Shown here: piece by piece, positions 49,748-52,768 of the stretch
How the letters are laid out: the number at the start of each line of letters is the position of its first letter
Numbering within the stretch: the stretch's first letter is position 1
Origin: a virus
Lineage: Duplodnaviria > Caudoviricetes
IMG/VR virus record: IMGVR_UViG_3300030104_004723
Span: 1-52,768 of that record
Length of the DNA: 52,768 bases
Strand: one strand, 5' to 3'
The notes under the pieces: generated by a model
What the model saw: the letters and a program-made list of their open reading frames with translations, nothing else
Database searches by the model: none
Told to the model about the DNA's origin: nothing
Made by a program: the position numbers and the translations under genes

Positions 49748-49993
49748 TTACTCTCCTATGTTATTTATCTTTAAGAAATCCATATGTTCAAAGCCTTTTT
49801 CATCTTTAAACCATACTACATCAAAATCTTTACCTTCTTCAGCTATGCCCATACCATCACATATATGACATAATTGAAAATGTACATTACCACCTCTTGC
49901 ATTAGTAAAATCAACAAAGTCAACACCTTCTCCATCACAAGCTGGGCATTTATCTCCTGTTATATTGCCATGTTTGTCTATTTTTGTATACAT
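49748..49993 (-). CDS. DnaJ-type zinc-finger protein
   Basis: CPACDGEG and CHICDGMG (two CxxCxGxG repeats). Confidence 0.7.
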   Translation of the reverse strand: MYTKIDKHGNITGDKCPACDGEGVDFVDFTNARGGNVHFQLCHICDGMGIAEEGKDFDVVWFKDEKGFEHMDFLKINNIGE

Positions 49994-50195
49994 TATTCTC
50001 CTTTTAATGTTTAATTATAGAAGTGAGCTCTACAAACATATCTCTCTTTAATTTATAGAGCCACTCCGCCTCGAGCCATTCCACTTACAAGCGAAGCAAG
50101 AATGGTATGAGAGACACAATATATCATCATCCCTTTTTTCACTTTCGGCGACTATTATATCCTATTGCTAAATATAATAACGGCTTCGCTTATTG

Positions 50196-50271
50196 TTGCG
50201 GAGGTTGGAATCGAACCGACAATAACTCCTAATATATAAATTAGGTTAGCCTACCAAGGCTTGTCTCCGCA
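50196..50271 (-). tRNA. Degenerate tRNA/tRNA-like RNA (8-nt anticodon loop UUUAUAUA; identity undetermined)
   Basis: TGCGGAG/CTCCGCA acceptor stem, AGCC-TTGGTA-GGCT D arm, CCTAA/TTAGG anticodon stem, GTCGG-TTCGATT-CCAAC T arm; no encoded CCA. Confidence 0.7.
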
Positions 50272-50279
50272 CAGATTAG

Positions 50280-50756
50280 TTAAAAGTTACCATCAGCAAC
50301 TTGGAAACATGTGAGTCCTAATCCATTACGCCACATATCTACGACTTGATTCCTATCGTCAAAGACACAAAGGACATTATACCTTTCCATTATCTCTTTG
50401 CCTATTTCAAACTTGACAAAAGCATCTTTACGGTAATCACCTTCATTACGAAAGACAAATTGGTTAAATTCAGATTCACCTACATACTGATTAACCCAAG
50501 CTTTAGTTAGTTCTGCAACATTTTTAAACTGATGCTCTTCAAATGTTACATTCTCTCTAGCTGATGTAAACACTACATAAATAGGTTCATCATGTATTTT
50601 AGCATAATATCTAACAGTAGCTAATAATACATCTATTACAGGAACATTTGGTTCATCATTGTAAGCTTTATGATACTCGAAAGGTGTTCTTTTACCCTTC
50701 ATTAGTGCGACAGTACCATCAATATCGCATATTATACATTTACTCTTCATCATCAC
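50280..50756 (-). CDS. HAD-family phosphatase related to the 3'-phosphatase domain of T4 polynucleotide kinase
   Basis: CDIDGTVA, FTSAR, RKDAFVK and FDDRNQVVDMWR motifs; no kinase domain. Confidence 0.88.
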   Translation of the reverse strand: MMMKSKCIICDIDGTVALMKGKRTPFEYHKAYNDEPNVPVIDVLLATVRYYAKIHDEPIYVVFTSARENVTFEEHQFKNVAELTKAWVNQYVGESEFNQFVFRNEGDYRKDAFVKFEIGKEIMERYNVLCVFDDRNQVVDMWRNGLGLTCFQVADGNF

Positions 50757-50815
50757 CTCTTTTTAAATTAAACTTTTGTCCCAACCTTAATTATACTAGC
50801 TGGGACATATTATAT

Positions 50816-50998
50816 TTAGCAACTTATGTACTGTAACCACTTAATTACGTACCATATAAACCATATCATACATATATTTATTAGTATGGCTATGTAATAT
50901 GTCATCATTTCAAGTGGGTCTGTTTTGATAATAGATATAATACCTTTTATTAATTTATCTATTCTTAATGTTGCTATTATGGCTCTCAAATAAGACAT
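50816..50998 (-). CDS. Small membrane protein
   Basis: One hydrophobic helix YYIAILINICMIWFIWYVI; SD AAGGAG. Confidence 0.55.
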   Translation of the reverse strand: MSYLRAIIATLRIDKLIKGIISIIKTDPLEMMTYYIAILINICMIWFIWYVIKWLQYISC

Positions 50999-51019
50999 TA
51001 TAGTCTCCTTTTATAAATA

Positions 51020-51789
51020 AATTCTAATAAAGAGTTGAGATTATACTCTTTACGCTAGCTCTTTTGGACTACATTCCATGTTCGCAGGTTTTGTCCGTAT
51101 CCACTTAGTTTGCACTAAGTACACTAGCAGGCTCAGTAGTTATAGACTACCACTCTTAACGATTAAGTTATCTCAGCAACTACTTACATCTAGATAAACG
51201 TGCCCGCCTACCTAGTGCTTTCATTACAAAACATAATATGCCTTGTGAGCATAAAATGCACCTCATTCAGGTTCACTGTGAGGTATTAGAGCCCTTTGCT
51301 CTTAATCGCTGTAGCTGTTTTACATTATGTTATCATTATGTTTAGTTTGACAACGGCATTTATATTGAGTCGCTTACAGAGAAGCTTGCTACCCTATTAA
51401 GGTAGTAAATACTTCGCTCAATACTTCAATAGACACCTGGTGAGTGAATATTAACATGTTTCTGGTGTCGCCCTTTATCACTAAAGGATTAACCATAACA
51501 TTGGAGTACAGCCTTACTACCACAGCTTAGCTTATTACTCCTACGCCTTATCTTATTGTATGTTACCATACTCAACACCATTACCATTTGGTGTATAGCT
51601 CTTCTGTTGCACACAGAGTTACTACATAGACGCTTGTATCTTTGGGCTCAATGAGTGCAATAACATTGTCTTGTTATCACTTTGGGCATATTAACTATGC
51701 TTATCCTAACGACATGATACTGCCGTTTCTTACGAAATCTTTGCATACTTGGGTAACAAGGAGTATGCAATCCCCGTGGCTATAACCTG
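51020..51789 (-). ncRNA. Large (~770 nt) structured non-coding RNA, GOLLD/ROOL-like candidate
   Basis: No ORF of 60 aa or more; about 20 hairpins, long-range helices, GNRA loops on the - strand, 3' terminal pseudoknot. Confidence 0.6.
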
Positions 51790-51939
51790 TTAAAGATTAT
51801 ATTTATGACCATTATCACATGTCCATATGCCATTAACTAATTTCAAGTGTTTAGTCTTATTGTTGACTATTACTTGAACAGTAGTGTTATTACTACCATA
51901 GCTAATGATTTTATGAACATTGAATGTTTTCTTGCTCAT
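51790..51939 (-). CDS. Hypothetical protein (49 aa, not in the ORF track)
   Basis: MSKKTFNVHKIISYGSNN...; AAAGGA upstream. Confidence 0.5.
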   Translation of the reverse strand: MSKKTFNVHKIISYGSNNTTVQVIVNNKTKHLKLVNGIWTCDNGHKYNL

Positions 51940-52007
51940 ATCAATCCTTTTGTTAGTTTTATTTGATTGATTATAGCCTATTAATATATAAATTTTATGT
52001 TTTTAAA

Positions 52008-52036
52008 TAAAGATAAGGGGGAACTATTGTCCCCCC
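52008..52036 (-). terminator. Intrinsic terminator
   Basis: Minus strand GGGGGGA-caatagt-TCCCCCT followed by TATCTTT, just after ORF 52049-52429. Confidence 0.65.
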
Positions 52037-52048
52037 AATCAGTTGTTT

Positions 52049-52429
52049 CTAGAATCCTGCACTTTGAACTGATGCTGATTCTTGCTTGCTTTTAGTTGGA
52101 AACAATTCAACGTAGTGAGCATTGGTAACAATGTCATTCGTTGGTTCATGTGCCCAAGCAACGTTGCCGTGCTCTTCAATGAAAGCCTCTGCCATTTCAT
52201 CAGTCATCTTGTCGAACCAAGCAAAGATTGCAGGGTCGTTAGATGCTTGTGACTTGTCGGCATTGTTGTTGCGAAGAAATGAGATACTATAAGAGTGACC
52301 ACCAATGTTACCATTTGACCTTGGTATCCTGTTGGTAAAGCACCAATCTTCGCCTTTCGTGCCGTCTTTCTTTTGCCAAGTCTTCTTGACTAGTTCTACT
52401 CTGTAATAATCTGTTATAAGTTGTGACAT
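52049..52429 (-). CDS. Hypothetical protein, first gene of the - arm in this window
   Basis: 126-aa ORF with its own terminator; more GC-rich than the bulk of the genome. Confidence 0.65.
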   Translation of the reverse strand: MSQLITDYYRVELVKKTWQKKDGTKGEDWCFTNRIPRSNGNIGGHSYSISFLRNNNADKSQASNDPAIFAWFDKMTDEMAEAFIEEHGNVAWAHEPTNDIVTNAHYVELFPTKSKQESASVQSAGF

Positions 52430-52768
52430 GTCGTGTCCCTTTCTATGTTAAGAGTGTAGGTGCTGTTTATTTATAACAACACGCACACTTGTATGAATAA
52501 AGCTGTGGCTCTGCTATGCTATCGCTGTTTGGATGTAACCGTATTTATATCTGTAACCAAGCATAAGCAAAGCCTATTAAATGTTATTAGATGGTAGTCT
52601 CAACGAGCAAACCAAGCGTCTTTGCACCTATGCTCTATTACAGAGGAACGGCTCTAACATCTAATTGAATTGAATTATAACTAAAACGCATATAAGAAAA
52701 ATGTTTTTAGGGTGGCGTATAAGGATAAATAAGACCTCCACTAAAATCCCCCAATTTTTGAAACCTTT

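Noticed and set aside
42115-50190. Scattered GCGAAGC/GCGAAAGC mini-hairpins as N4-like vRNAP promoters
   Set aside because: Few copies, mixed orientation and no shared flanks; the N4 vRNAP is a different (T7-like) enzyme class
50196-50271. Suppressor tRNA implying stop-codon reassignment as in some crAss-like phages
   Set aside because: Genes are intact under code 11 with TAA, TAG and TGA all used as stops; the anticodon loop is not a clean 7-nt CUA/UUA loop
43447-50836. + strand ORFs at 43447, 44617, 45880 and 50648
   Set aside because: Antisense to clearly recognisable - strand genes
51020-51789. tmRNA, RNase P RNA or self-splicing intron
   Set aside because: No tRNA-Ala-like ends, no RNase P P4 signature, no recognisable group I core or group II domain V, and no interrupted gene

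Overview
AT-rich lytic dsDNA tailed-phage (podovirus-like) sequence with two convergent arms; the left end is truncated inside a gene. The + arm (1-40.6 kb) is morphogenesis: a probable outer-membrane beta-barrel gene, portal, scaffold, major capsid protein, decoration and adaptor proteins, an M15 endolysin with a holin-like gene, tail proteins, and ejection proteins. One ejection protein (3585 aa) carries two-barrel RNA polymerase motifs (RTP...EGDYDGD) plus an HExxH zincin motif, as in phi14:2/crAss-type virion RNAPs. The - arm (40.6-52.8 kb) holds replication/recombination genes (resolvase, DUF932, Gp157-like, AEP primase-helicase, SSB, Sak4-like ATPase) and probable early genes. No terminase or DNA polymerase is recognisable here. 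Most unusual observations: (i) an RNA-rich early region with a ~1.05 kb tandem array of stem-closed RNA modules, a degenerate tRNA next to a PNK-type 3'-phosphatase, and a ~770 nt highly paired RNA resembling GOLLD/ROOL; (ii) a circularly permuted Sak4/AAA_24 ATPase with its Walker A at the C-terminus; (iii) a probable bacterial-type histone; (iv) strong Shine-Dalgarno and sigma70-like signals, suggesting a crAss-type vRNAP phage with a non-Bacteroidota host. All family calls come from motif recognition by eye; no searches were run.
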